Assembly (NCBI GenBank): GCA_000708835.1
Contig: DF236966.1
Coordinates: forward strand, 336,243 to 400,242
Source of the DNA: Klebsormidium nitens
Taxonomy: Eukaryota > Plantae > Klebsormidiophyceae
Length of the DNA: 64,000 bases
Direction of reading: 5' to 3'
Shown piece by piece: positions 45,008 to 57,375 of this stretch. Within the stretch, counting starts at the first letter, position 1, and each line of letters starts with the position of its first letter. A model generated the notes under the pieces. It saw only the letters and a list, made by a program, of their open reading frames with translations, made no database searches and was not told the origin of the DNA. The position numbers and the translations under genes were made by a program.

Positions 45008-46245
45008 ATTGAGTCATCACAGTAATGTTTAGGACAGGCAATCTTATGCAGGAACGAATACTCTTGGCACTGACTAATGCTGGGGGGAAAAGGCAGGCGT
45101 GTATGCCCCATTAAAGGCAGAGGCATTTTTTGTCATTTCCCAGGCAGCTTTTTTATTGCAACGATCACCATGGCATACTAAATCCAGCTGAGAAAATAAC
45201 AGCTCTTTCTCTTAAAGCAACAGGAGTTTCCAACTGAAACCAGCATGTAAGCATACATCTTCCATGCAAAAAGAGTGGCCCTACTGCAACTTTTTCACAT
45301 TCTTTCCATTCAAACATTGTTATTGCAGTGATGCTCCAATAGGCCTGGTGCTACGCCAACACATTGATGGCTGTTGTAGAATGGCTGAGTCGCTGTTTTA
45401 AGTCAGAGGAGTTCTTAAGACACATGTCATGAAACCAGACGGGGCGCCAGCAGGAATCAAAGAGAAGGCTTTGACAACATTGATTCTACATGACTACCTT
45501 GCAGCCCAAGCGAGTTGAGAAACCAACTGAGAGCATTTTGGACAGGCATAGAGTTCAATTGTATAGTGCACTGAAAGCAACATTTGAAATAAGCAATTCC
45601 CAGGACATGTACTCTGGGGCCCACACATCATCAAGTAACGAGCACTGGAAAGTTAAGGAGAAGAAGGGCACAGCTCACATCATAGCCACCAACCTCCCGC
45701 CCCGTAAGCAACGCTTGAAGATTCCTGTCGCCCGGTAGCATCGTGCCTGCCCTTTCACCGAACAGTAGAAGGAGGGCTGCTTCCGTTTCCTTGCAAGAGA
45801 AGTTGGTCCTTGAGAAGTCACTTAAGAAGTCACTTACTGTTGTTACTGCCCTCTCACTATCAGAGCGCCTTCAGGCTTCAGGCTCAGCTCCGTCATGAGA
45901 CCGGTTCCTGAAAATGCTGAAAAGCAGATGACCATGTTGGCTAAGCTCATTGAACGCCCTTACGCGCGCACCTGCTGAGGCTGTGGCTAGGACGGGCACC
46001 AGAATTCCGCTTCCGCTCTAGCGCGGCAACACGAATCAAGTTGGGCGGAACGTTCTTGCAGCCTCAGCCTCAGAAGAGCCTCCCCTGGGCCTGCAACGTC
46101 TGACTTTTGGGGCAGCACAGAACGGGCGCTGCGTGGAGCACTAAGCACACTGATCCAGAAGGAAGCTCTCCCTTGGCCTAGGTATACGAAGAACCTTTTG
46201 GGCTGTTTCACCAGAGGTGGCCGCGCCGGGCGGTTGCTTTCAAGA

Positions 46246-48360
46246 ATGGGCTGTGCAGGCTCAAAAAGCAAGGAAAAAGCAGGTAAGCCAGTCACACGTC
46301 ATGCAGTTGCTTGAATGTCGCCGCTTGACACCTTCCAGGGGTAGTTTGAACTGTGTTTGATGGAGCTAGTAGGGTTCTTTGGCAGGTCCGTTGTTGCTCG
46401 TGGGTCATTGAAAACCTTCTATTGCGCAAGTCAAGCGTGGAAAAAGAGTAAGCCCTTCTTTGGCACAGTATGCGCTTGAAATGTTGTCTTCGATGTAGAT
46501 ACGGTCTTTGAGCAGCTGTCTGATGCTTGGGACAAGGAGAGAGCAAGCGTCTTCATTGAGCTTGAATTGGTGCGGTGCTCCAAAACTGACAGCTTATCGC
46601 CAACACCAAATGCTGAAACTATTTCTACCGAGCTGGTATTTCTGATTATTGAATACGGATGTGTTAACCACTACTGCCTGAGCTGAACTTGAAGGTTATT
46701 CCAATCATGTTGTTTGCAGTCCGGTTAGCAAACAGCGGTCTAACTGCTCGGTTGCTTGTAGCCTGCTGCGTCAGCGTTGCGCACCTTCTGGTGCACGTTC
46801 TCTGAGAGGGGGGCTGTGCACGTTCAGTCAAATCGAGCAACTTACTTGAGGGACGAATCTCAGGGAAGCGTATGACGGACATTGCAAAATGAGGTCACTT
46901 GTGGTCCCCCACCCTGTTGGGCCTTGGACCTGGAATTCAATATGCGCAGGGAAAAACCCATTTTAGAAGCATAATGCTCTCATTATCTATAAGGACAGTT
47001 CTATGGCAGTGTGGGGGAGGGTCCACGCGCCTCTGTAAATGGCAAGGTATGTGTCTCTGTCTGACTCTCCTGACCTGGTCTTTTTCCGTCTGACAGGCTC
47101 TCAAGTTCGAAAGCCCAAGCCATGGAAGCACCCCACCCCCATTACGCGGGGGGAGCTAAAGAAAATGCGCGAGGAGTTCTGGGACACTGCGCCGCACTAT
47201 GGGGGGCAAAGGGGTGAGCGAAGGCCTCGAAACTGACTTGCATCTGACGTCTGGATGTCAGTTATCATTGGCAAAGAATCCAGCCAGGAATCAGGGGGCC
47301 AATTCTCTAGGCAATCTTCGAGTTCTGCTTTTTGAAGCTTGCTTGTGCTTGCATACGGCTCCTGTGCACAGGAATAAGGACTGATACGAAGAGAAGGGAG
47401 CAGGGGGAAAGACTTGCAAACATAGGAGCCTTTTTGCAGTCAATCTGTTAAGCCACCTGTTCATGAACACTACCGATGTGTCACCATTCCTTCTCTTGAC
47501 TCCGTGGCTTGGCAAATTTGTTAGTGTGGCTTCCTCTGCTTTGTTTGTCTCATTTGCCTGAATTCATCTCTCCTTATGCGACCACTTTGCTGGTTTGCAT
47601 ATATTGCGGGGTCTGACAACAGGAAAGAAGCGAAAGAAAAGAACCGTATTGTTTTTGCTCAGGACCTGAGATCAAAACGAGTCTGCCAGCCGCTTTACTT
47701 AGCAGTTTCTCCCTTACGAAGTTTGCAATCGCAAGGTCCCACCCATGAATGCATCAGTTTTTGCCCAGGGCTTCTTTGTATCTGGTGATCAGTCGTTCTT
47801 CGTCTGCGAGTCCCTTTCGTAGCTCATCGAGCCACCCCCTGCTTACCCATGCAGAAATCTGGGACGCGCTCCGGGTCGCAGCGGAGGGGGATCCCGCGTT
47901 TGCAGAGACGATCATAGAAAGTGCGGGCATCATCTTGCCAAACGGCGGGGACCTGTCAACGTGTTATGACGAACGAGGTGAGTTTGTTTTGGCCTGGTTA
48001 TTTTTTTTCTTCTTCTTGGTACGTGCCACACGCCTTCGAAGGCCCAGTATCCATCTTCGGAGGCGATTGATGTTGCGGCTTTATGCGCTATGCATCCGCA
48101 TCTTACGGCGCTGTGACCATATAAAGGAACTCGAGTCGGGTCTTGGAGCAACCGAAGTCAAGATGGCTGCGACGGAGCTAGCACTTTTCGACGCTTCCAC
48201 TTTCCGCGGAGCATTTGTGGAGCACGTTCCCCAACGAAGTGGGATTCTTTCCATTTGCAAAGTGACACTAGAGCCGTCTTTTGTACCAGGAGCCAAGTAC
48301 GACCTGCCGCACTACGTCCTGAGTGACCCCGTCAACCTCGTGAAGGACGACACGCATTGA
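46246..48360 (+). CDS. Ubiquitin domain-containing protein, plant-type short DC-UbP/UBTD form (ubiquitin-binding domain only), 115 aa, 4 exons
   Basis: Exons 46246..46282, 47097..47213, 47855..47977, 48290..48360. Protein MGCAGSKSKEKAGSQVRKPKPWKHPTPITRGELKKMREEFWDTAPHYGGQREIWDALR...CYDERGAKYDLPHYVLSDPVNL; MGC N-terminus. Confidence 0.94.
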
Positions 48361-50262
48361 CACTTCCGAAAAGGGTAACCAAATTTAGGACGCCCTGCGC
48401 GGTGCCCTCCTGCTTTGTGCCAGACCGGATAGAACAGAACGCGCTTCTTCAGCAGAGTCCGGGCCAAACCCTTGTATTATAGACTAACAGAGGTCAGTGT
48501 CCAGTCGCGTAAATAGGTAGCCGTGATCCTGCTGACAGTGTAGGCGAAGCTCATAATCTTGGACAGTCATAACGACAGCTTACTCCGTGTGGAGATATTC
48601 TCTACTAGGTGTTTCCCGTGTTACCAGATGGCTCGATTCGAAATTGACTCAATATTGGCGCTTGGTTGCTACAAAGGATGTGTGACAGACACACGCATAT
48701 ATAGCTGTCGGGGACCTCAGAAAGATAGTTAAAACTTGGACGACGTTCGACACGAGAATAAAGCTTGGCCTGCAGGCCTCGTATATATGAGAAGGGGGCT
48801 AGATTGACGCCTTTTCTGGTTGGACAATTACAAGCCTGGTCAGTTTCTTGTTCGTGCTGTTGTTCGTGCTGCATATGCATCTCAATCCGTTTTAAGGCGG
48901 CATGCGTCAATCATACATGTTGCACATGCACATGCATGGATCGAATTAAGGCTCCCCAAACGGTTTTAAGGTTTTGCATGAAATTTTGTTAATAAGGTCG
49001 CGCGCGCGCGCGGGTGCATAAAACACATCCGCGACGCTTTATGACATCCGTATCCGACTATAGCTTTTCAATCATGCAAGGCCTCTGCTCATGCATGGGT
49101 TCGCGCAGCTTCAGAGCAGTCGGACAACGTGTTAGGACCGTATGGTCCATGCTTGTGTTATGCAATAATGAGTCAACCGTCTTAGTCACCGATGGCCGCG
49201 CAATAATCTATGCTAGGGGAAAAAAGATAAACTTAGGTAAGCTGCATGCCAGGGTACAACTGAGGGCTGTAGCTGGCTCGTCTGACAGCTGGCAACTAGC
49301 CGCGTAAGAGCCAGGCTGCTCCTAATTTTCTACAGAGTTAGACATGGATGTGGGATAGACCATAACATGTTGCATCATGATTCATGTATATGCGCGGCTG
49401 TGAGGCCACTGCTGGAACAAAACGGACCGGCCAGAGACAAACGTCTTTGTCAATACAGCCGATCCGGAAAGACGTATGGAAGTGCAGATCAGGCCCCCTT
49501 GCTGGAAATGCGGCCACCTAGACAACACGTAAAGTTCTGAAAGAGCTAGGTTGTGCGGTGAGTCTGGGTGTGGCGGCGGGTCTTGAGTATTTCATATATT
49601 CAAACATTAATTTGAGGTAGAAGCGCTGCAGTGGCAACAAAAGCTTTTGGAGTCAAAAGTTTAAACCAGGGCCAACCAGGGCCCCTTGATGTCTGGGGTG
49701 ACAACCTGAGTACTAGTATCCAATCAAGATAGACTTCCATTCCGCTGTTCTGATCGGAAAGCGATCCGCTGGGCGCTAGATTTAAGACCGCTGCAAGATT
49801 GGGTTTCTGATTCAGATTGTATCCCTCGGACTTAAGGTGACGTCCGGTGACGTACTATATATACAACGTAATATTTACTGCAGATGTAGGTGGTCTGGAA
49901 GCACGCGCGCGCGCTGCTGTGAGTCTGGAGGCCAAGGAGGTTTCCGGTCGACTGAGACTACAAGGACATGCCGCTGCTTCGAAGTCTGGAGCAGCAAAGC
50001 AACCTAATCGTTATTGTGATCTTGTGGACGTAGCGCTGATAGCGCCGGCGCTTTTCGAAGACTTCTGCTCCTCCACGTGAACGTGACGTGAACTTCCAGG
50101 TTTGGCGCGGCGCAGGGAAGCGTGAGGTTCACACTTGAGGAGGTAGCCCGACAAGTGAGCGCCCTTCGCTCGCAGGCACAGCAAAGCATTTGGTAGGCGA
50201 CTACAACTGAACAAACCGCAAGGCAAAGAGATTCCGAGATTCGTCAACAGCTTGGCGCTAGC

Positions 50263-51051
50263 ATGGAGGCAGCAGAGATAGTCAACCAAACACAGAAGGT
50301 GCTGTCTATGACAGACGTAAGCGTAGCCGAGAGACTGGAGGTGGTGGTAGACCTGCTGTGCCGAACTTCTTTTGCTCTTGTTCAAGATCGGCTGAAGCTC
50401 GAGGAAGGAAAGACGCGTTTCGGCGACCTCCCAGCTGACTTGCAGGAGAACATCTTCCAGCGAGCTTTGGGCGACAATATGACGCTGTGGGCCTGCAAGC
50501 GCGTCGCAAAGAGCTGGCGGGAGATCTGCACCCAGCTGACCACGTGGCAGTTCAGCGCCGAGGTTCAGTCCTTACGTCATCCTTGCAACGAAAAGGATTA
50601 CCCTGGCTGCCACAGGGGGGGCTATCATGAAGCTTACCACCTGAATTTTCACTTGTCACCTTCTGACGTCTTTCTGGTGGTTCGCACCAGAGGGCGAAAG
50701 CACACCGGGCAATTTTCGGTGAGCTTTCGCGACGCTGGGGGTAAGCCTTGCACCTGGCGCCGCTGGTTGAGCGACCCCCTGAACCTGGAATCGCCGACCG
50801 GGGTACTGGTGGAGAAGAGCTTCGAAAGTGACCGCCAAAGTAATAGCGAGTTTGTGGTCCAGTACAGGGGGCTAGAGATTAAGTTTGAAAGTTCCGGAAG
50901 GCGGCACTATGGGGATGTCAGAGTGGTTCTTGGAAAGGGGCTGAAGAACGAGTCTCCGTGCGCCAAGTGTCGCAACTGGCTGCTGTGGCGTCGAGATACG
51001 TTGAGGCGAGAGTCGCGGATTGCTAGCATAGTCGCCATTGGACCGCAGTAA
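50263..51051 (+). CDS. Intronless F-box protein, 262 aa, with an unknown Cys/His-containing C-terminal region
   Basis: F-box-like FGDLPADLQENIFQRALGDNMTLWACKRVAKSWREIC in a single ATG-TAA ORF. Confidence 0.75.
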   Translation: MEAAEIVNQTQKVLSMTDVSVAERLEVVVDLLCRTSFALVQDRLKLEEGKTRFGDLPADLQENIFQRALGDNMTLWACKRVAKSWREICTQLTTWQFSAEVQSLRHPCNEKDYPGCHRGGYHEAYHLNFHLSPSDVFLVVRTRGRKHTGQFSVSFRDAGGKPCTWRRWLSDPLNLESPTGVLVEKSFESDRQSNSEFVVQYRGLEIKFESSGRRHYGDVRVVLGKGLKNESPCAKCRNWLLWRRDTLRRESRIASIVAIGPQ

Positions 51052-52269
51052 AACGAAAGAGCCGGGATGCTGCCCGTTCAGAAGCCACCACAATCGTCAG
51101 CTGATTGAAACTCCACGTTGATATTGAGGTCCGGATTGTCAAAGAGAAGTCAGGTCTTCTCGGTCCGCCCGTGGAACTTCGTACAAGGAACCTTTAACTG
51201 AGCATCTTTGTCTAGGACTTTATGCAAGGTTCCCTGCAATGGACGTTGGATTAACATGTGTTGAAGTGCCACTCATCTCAATAGGTTCTATATGTTGGCA
51301 TGCTGTTTGATTGACCCACCAGAGTTTTGGCCCTGACGTGTATGTAAGAAACGAATCGAGGGGCAGGGGCAAGTCTACTAGCTTGGATCGATCAGCTACA
51401 GTAGTTTCTATTTAAACGTATTCGGGAAGCTATGCATGCCTTGAATTTAAGCATGATGAGGACCCGGAGCGAGGCTGCATGTGTTTGATTCAAGTCAGGT
51501 TTGAGGTACGGGCCCGATCGGGAATCCTTGTGAAGCTTGGTGTCTTTGATCAACGCGCGGGAACTAATTGTTCGCGTTGCTGCAGTTGATCTACTGTTGC
51601 TCCTAGGTTGACTTGATGATACTGACATTGTTTGATACTTGATTACATCACGTGCTGGACTCGATGCATGCATGCGACTACGCCCGACCGTGCGAGGTCT
51701 GCGGGCCGTCTAAAAATGTCGACATGCTGGCACTTGCAAAATCGGGGCTGCCATCAATGCAGAATCGGGGCTGCCATCAATACACAGGCCGTTGGCAGCT
51801 TTGACAATGATGGCAATCACGATCTGGAAGTCTCGCCATGCAAGCCTGAAGCGCTCATGGTTTTTCACCATGCACCTCACAGGCGGAAACAAGAAGGAAT
51901 TAGGTAGATCTAAGGCTGCCGGCCTGAAAGACATGAACGGTACGTCGTCGGGCTGACCGCCACATCAGAGGTCGACTTAGTCCGACGAAGCAAACGTGCC
52001 ATTGCAAATATTGCCAGTCTAAATATCCGTCCGACCGACCTTACTTCCCCAAGAAGCAAGTGCGGAGGACCGGAACGGCACGATGTGTTGAGTCCTTGTA
52101 CATTTACAGCACTATGTCATAAGGGAGCAGCCTACGATTCCTTTCGTGCAAACCCCATCAAAGATCCTTGCGTAAAGCTGCAGAACTACCGTTGTATGGA
52201 CTCCACCAGTATGGACGACTCGGCTTCCGCAACGCTTCTTCTTGACTGTTACCAGGACATTAGCAACGC

Positions 52270-55200
52270 CTATTCTACCGTTGCTGACGCTTCTTCCGTT
52301 TCCCCATCCATGAGGGAGCGGACAAAGCTCTTGGGCGCCTTTTTGATCTCGGCGCCCTCGAGCTCCAGCAGCCGGTGAACGACGCTCTCCGCCGTCCGAT
52401 TGGTGCGGAGGTAAAACTCAGCCGTCAAGATGTCCCGCTGCTCGGGCGTGAGGTCCGCGTGGAAGCCCTGTAAATTCGCCGTAATACCCGCTGAGAATTC
52501 CAAACTAGAACATAGTAGGTCTAAGAACCTTAAAGGTTCGGAGTCCCAAATAAAAAAGGGCATTAGGCGGTTGCAGGAACTGTTGACAGCATTATGAGAA
52601 GACAGACTTATGGTCTATGAAAAGTTCCGGGGCGATGCATATCGGAACACACACTGCTGAGAGACACGCGGACAGTATCTCGGTGTGCGCATACGGTTTC
52701 AAATCTCGGGCTGCCAGCCAGGCTCCTCAATTGGTTGCGCTTGCGGCGACGATCCACTTGACAGTCCCCGTTTCTCTTCCTCTCGACTGAAAGACCCACG
52801 CCGTTTGGTTGATAAATACACCCACTTGGGCGCTTATGAACACAAAGGAGGCCTTTCTAGACCAGTTCAGAGGATCCGGCAGCCGAGAGAAGATCCTTTC
52901 GCGAACAAACCTCGCAACTTGGGGCACCGGCCGCCATGAAAGTTCTCTGGTTTCGTTCAAAAGCGAACAGGGAGGCGCACATTCACTCCCAATAATTCGG
53001 TTTTAACTGGAAGAATATGATCAGAACCACTGTTCAAACGGTGGTCCAATTGAGCAACGGAGAAAAGGAAGCCGGACGGCGGACCTGTCGCTGAATGCGG
53101 TCTCTGACGGCGTGATACATCAGGATCGCGGCCGCGTGCGAGATGTTGAACGAGTCGGTGAAGCCGCCCATGGGGATGTAGCACCCGATGTCCGCCAGCT
53201 CCTTGGCGTCGCCCGACACCCCAAACATCTCGTTGCCCAGCACGATCGCCGTCGGAATCGTCCAATCGATCTGGAGAGGAAGAATGAATGCTGGATCGTT
53301 TCTTTGGAGTCGCACCGATCCTATTGATAAACAGAATGTACCTCGCTTCACTAAAGGCGGATTTCTCACCAACTGATAATTGGCCTTTTTGACGTTCAGA
53401 CTTCTAGAGGTGGCCGCCTGATTGCCGTTGCGATTGTGCGGTCAACGTGGGGTGATGAGATAGGGCCGTGAGAGAAAGGACCGTGATTGGGATCCAATCT
53501 TTAGAGATCACATAGCGTGGTGAACCTCGAAGTAGATATTATCCCTCGAACTAATCACACTCGATTCCATCGCCGTTGGAATCGATCTGAAGAGCTGATA
53601 GCGCCCGTGATCAGAATGCAATTTGCAGAGATGAGATAGCGTCATTTATAAGTGATAACAGACACTAAAACTAATCGCACTTCATCCTTCAATCTATCAC
53701 CGTCGGGTTCGTCCAGTCAATATGGAAAGATGAGAGATAGTGATTGTTAGACCGGCTTCTGGCAGTCGCACTCGAAAGTTTATTGTACTGGGTGTTTCGT
53801 GTCGCCGTCGAGAATGTCCAGTCGATCTTTACAGATGGAAAGCGTGACTATCGAAACACTTCTATGCGACCGAAGCGATTGCACTTAAAAAAATATTCTT
53901 GGCAAAAAGCATCAGGAAGGTACTGTAAAAGCACACCTGGGACTGAGCGTATTAACGGTGAGACAAGTCTTTCTTGGAATGAGGGACTCCATGGAAGTTA
54001 CAAAAGCACAAGAGAAAGCATCCGAAGGGTCTCGTTTCGTGCTGCAAGTCGTTGCCAAGCTTACATCTTGAGAGGGTCGACCAAGGCGAGAAGGGGCTGT
54101 CTTCCGTAGGAACTTCGATTCGTTCTTTGAGACTCAGCATGAGACGACTCAACAAACACTCGAGGCTTGGGAATTGTTGCCATCGACTTCCTCAAAACAA
54201 AATTCCTCGAACCAAACCGAGACCTGAGAGTCTGTAGTTTATCTTCCGCAAATCAAAAAGCCTCTTAGATAGCCGTCTGATCCTACTACACAGCGCACTC
54301 AAACCACATCCAAAATCCGAAACGCTTACCTCGTGGACTGGCCGCGTTTCTCTCCCCTCCCCCAGCTGATCCATGCACGTGACCGCTATCCTGTACCCCC
54401 GGGCCTTGAGCGTCTTCAGGCACTGCCACGTGTCAGTCCACAATTCGAGATCCAGCCACTTGTCCGACCCCGCGCTGACGCGCCCGCTGCCCTTGTACCG
54501 CGCCCTTTCCCGGGCGACTGCGTGCACCGATTGGCAGCCCAGCGCCTCTGCGGTGCGAGTCACCGCGCTGACATTTGCAAGGTTGTTCAACCCTGCAGAA
54601 ATGAAATTCGACTTACTCGTTAATGTTATTATGATCACTGTTACTATTGTAGCGAAAACCTATTGCTGGCGTTGTGGGCCACAGTCGTGTGGTTGCCTTT
54701 GGCTTTGGAAGAGAGCGCTGAAGTTCGTCAGAGCCTTCAGTCCTGTTATTTTTGAGTTGCCAAACCAAGGTAATGAATCTCGGCCTCGAGGGCTCTGAGT
54801 TGACCTCGCGACACTCCGGAGTTCGACTTTGCACTTTGAGTCATTGGAATCTAAAGACAGGAGAGGTGGTTTCCAAGGCGACTACTGCTTCTTGAGGCGT
54901 CAGGGCGATCTTATTAGTCTGCAATGCACCTAGGACCTTGAAAGCCATTTGAACAGACTGGCAAAATGTAGTCCGAAGCTGCCAGGAGCTATCAGCGACT
55001 ATTACCTTCCACAACCGGCACGAGAGCATACGAGCGCCCGGCCACCACATCCGCAATTCGATCAATGCGATTCTGTGCCAGCTGCATACAAGGAAGTGGA
55101 GCTTGTCACATTCTTTTAGCTTTGTGGCCTCTTCTTTCAGGACTTCAAAAAGATGAGTACTTAGGAAAGGACTCACACCCCTGGTCTTGTCCAAAGCCCT

Positions 55201-56724
55201 GGCAAATACCAGGATTGATCTGAAACGAGTTAAGAGAGGGAAGACGGTGCACGTTTTGACTGGTGGAGTCTACTGCTTAAGCAATACATTTGCTTGTGTT
55301 TATATCCACGCGTGAATCTCGAGCGAGCACTGACTGAAGCTTTTCGATAGACCTACACCGGACAAAACGCGTTTACATCAAAGTAGAATCTGTTCCTTGC
55401 GAGCACAACAGAGAAGAGCGGCCCAAGCAGAAAGATCCTGGCGCACAATGAGAGTAGGACAAAGGATCATCAAGGGGCTTACTGTTTCCGACGACGCTCG
55501 TGATAAAAGCTGGCAAAATCTCCAGTCAACCATCACTGCCACTTAAGATTTCGATAATTGCGGCAGCATCCTCAGGATGCCGAGTCTCTGTTCTCGCTGG
55601 TGGACGCCAGTTGCAGGAGCTGCATTCGACCCTTGCTTGAATACTTGCTCAGGCTTAGACGCGGTCAAGTTGATGTTTGGGAGTTTTACAAATTTTGGAC
55701 AATCAGAACATTAGTGTATTCCGAGGCTACTTACCTGAGCCTCCAACGCCCGCTTTACAGTAGCTGTATCCACCTTTTGCCCTTCAATCTCAAACACGCC
55801 CGAATGTGGGAACCACGCTTTTCTGTCCTTTGCCTTCTCTTCTTGTCGGCCACTGAAGCAAGGGCCTGACCCTTCCTCCAAAGACCCTGATTGAGAGCTG
55901 CTCCTCCCTTTTCCATGCTGAACAATGACTCTACCTCTTGGACCTCTCTTCCTTTTTTTGACCAAGCGCAGGAGCGCGTCTGCGTCCTCCACATCCCCGC
56001 TACTCGAAGCAAGTTCTTCATCTACAGGTGTTCCAACAGAGTACTCCAGCTCGCTAACAGAGGACTCTGGTTCAATGTCAGATACACTGCTTAGCTGATC
56101 GCTATCTGTACTCTCTGGTTCAAATGGAGGTTCGAATGATGGCTTTGGCACAGCCACGGTAAAGTTTTTCTTCCACCATGCGGAGCTACTCTTCACTTTC
56201 CGAGGCTGTGTTTCACCACTAACACACGAGGATGCACTTTCTTCCGTGGAGGGAGCTGACCCTTCTTTCCCCTCCCTCACAACATTATTTCCTATTTCTT
56301 CCTGGTGCGTCGGAGCTGCAGTCATCCCTTGCGGTCGGTAAAACACTCTCATGTCTCTTCTCCCAGCTCCAGCTCTTTTCCTCGACTTTGCTGCTGGACG
56401 GCAACCAGAATGAACCTGCAACGACTGAACCTTCTCTTTCCTCTCCAGAGGACGCAGGTGGCCTGCACCACCAATCATCGGGGCTGGAAACACTGGAACT
56501 AGCGGAGATGACAGTCCTTTACAACCTGTGTGCAGAAAAGGTCCCATCGCAGAGTGCAGCCTTCTTGCAAGAATGATGGAGGGTTGCGCAATGCTGACAA
56601 TGTGAGAAGTGGGTAACTTGCTGCCTGCTTCAGACAGAGCATTTGGCGCTGCGCCACTCCACTGTGCACAATTGTGACCGAGCAGCGGTGGGTGATTGCT
56701 CCAAGAGACTGCTGCAGAAGCCAT
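52270..56724 (-). CDS. SpoU/TrmH-family tRNA/rRNA 2'-O-methyltransferase (SPOUT), about 570 aa, 5 exons, with a long low-complexity N-terminal extension and possible organellar targeting
   Basis: Exons 5'->3': 55735..56724, 55006..55081, 54330..54592, 53085..53270, 52270..52467 (1713 nt). Motifs: VPVVEGLNNLANVSAVTRTAEALG, SAGSDKWL, AIVLGNEMFGVS, YIPMGGFTDSFNISHAAAILMY. The start and the internal structure of exon 1 are less certain. Confidence 0.9.
53560..53740 (-). repeat. Two intronic copies of the SpoU exon 4 acceptor and exon start
   Basis: 53694-53729 matches 53243-53278 at 28/36 with the acceptor CAG changed to CAT. 53568-53594 is a copy with an 8-nt deletion that keeps the CAG. Confidence 0.7.
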
Positions 56725-56903
56725 TTTGGCACTGGAAGGAAGAACTGTCGTCCTGCATACGCCACTCACGTTGCGGCTCGAAATCAAGCCTCCCTGCCTG
56801 TGGCAATGGACATTGGACCTGCCAAACCATGTGCAGCCTGTGTGCAGCTAGCTCTGCAGGCAAGGAGCTCTTCAAGTATTGGTGCGATGGATGGTGGGTT
56901 TCG

Positions 56904-56979
56904 GCAGCCGGCTGGTTGCAGGAAACGGTTTCGGACGCCGTTTCCTGCAACCAGCCGGCTGCAGCTGTATCAGCTGCAG
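56904..56979. repeat. Perfect 25-bp inverted repeat (9-nt loop) with an overlapping 9-bp hairpin
   Basis: gcagccggctggttgcaggaaacgg (56904-56928) / tttcggacg / ccgtttcctgcaaccagccggctgc (56938-56962); ctgcagctg-tat-cagctgcag (56959-56979). Confidence 0.95.
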
Positions 56980-57375
56980 ACTTGCTCAAATTCACCCCTT
57001 CGCGCTCAGGCACGCCAACTGACGGCTGCCTGTTTCGTGGTCGAAAAATCGCACCGAAACTCGAAAGCAAGCAGCTAGATACTTGGAGTCTTGATCAGCT
57101 GGGCATGACTCACTGGCATGAGTGCAAAAGCCCAAGCCTGCCGAGGCAAGTTGCAACGCTGTGCCACTGCAAATTGCAATTTGCCGATCCCGGGCCTATA
57201 TATGAATAATGCATTCGTAGTTCACTCCATGTAGCTTCCGCTTCACCAGTCCGCTCGACTAAGACATTCATTCTCTTCCCAATCATGCTCCATCTCAGGT
57301 TTCAACTCTGCTTGCTTGTTCTGTATCCTAATCAAGGGCGGAAGTAGACCTGGAACCCAGTTTTGAATCAGCAAG

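Noticed and set aside
48850-48950. CATGCA/ATGCAT-rich patches (RY-like), also near 34970, 35620 and 51660
   Set aside because: Short common motifs with no positional evidence of function.
49681-49717. Possible Helitron-like 3' end (weak hairpin then CTAG|T)
   Set aside because: The stem is only 4-5 bp, and no matching 5' end, Rep/helicase remnant or second copy is visible.
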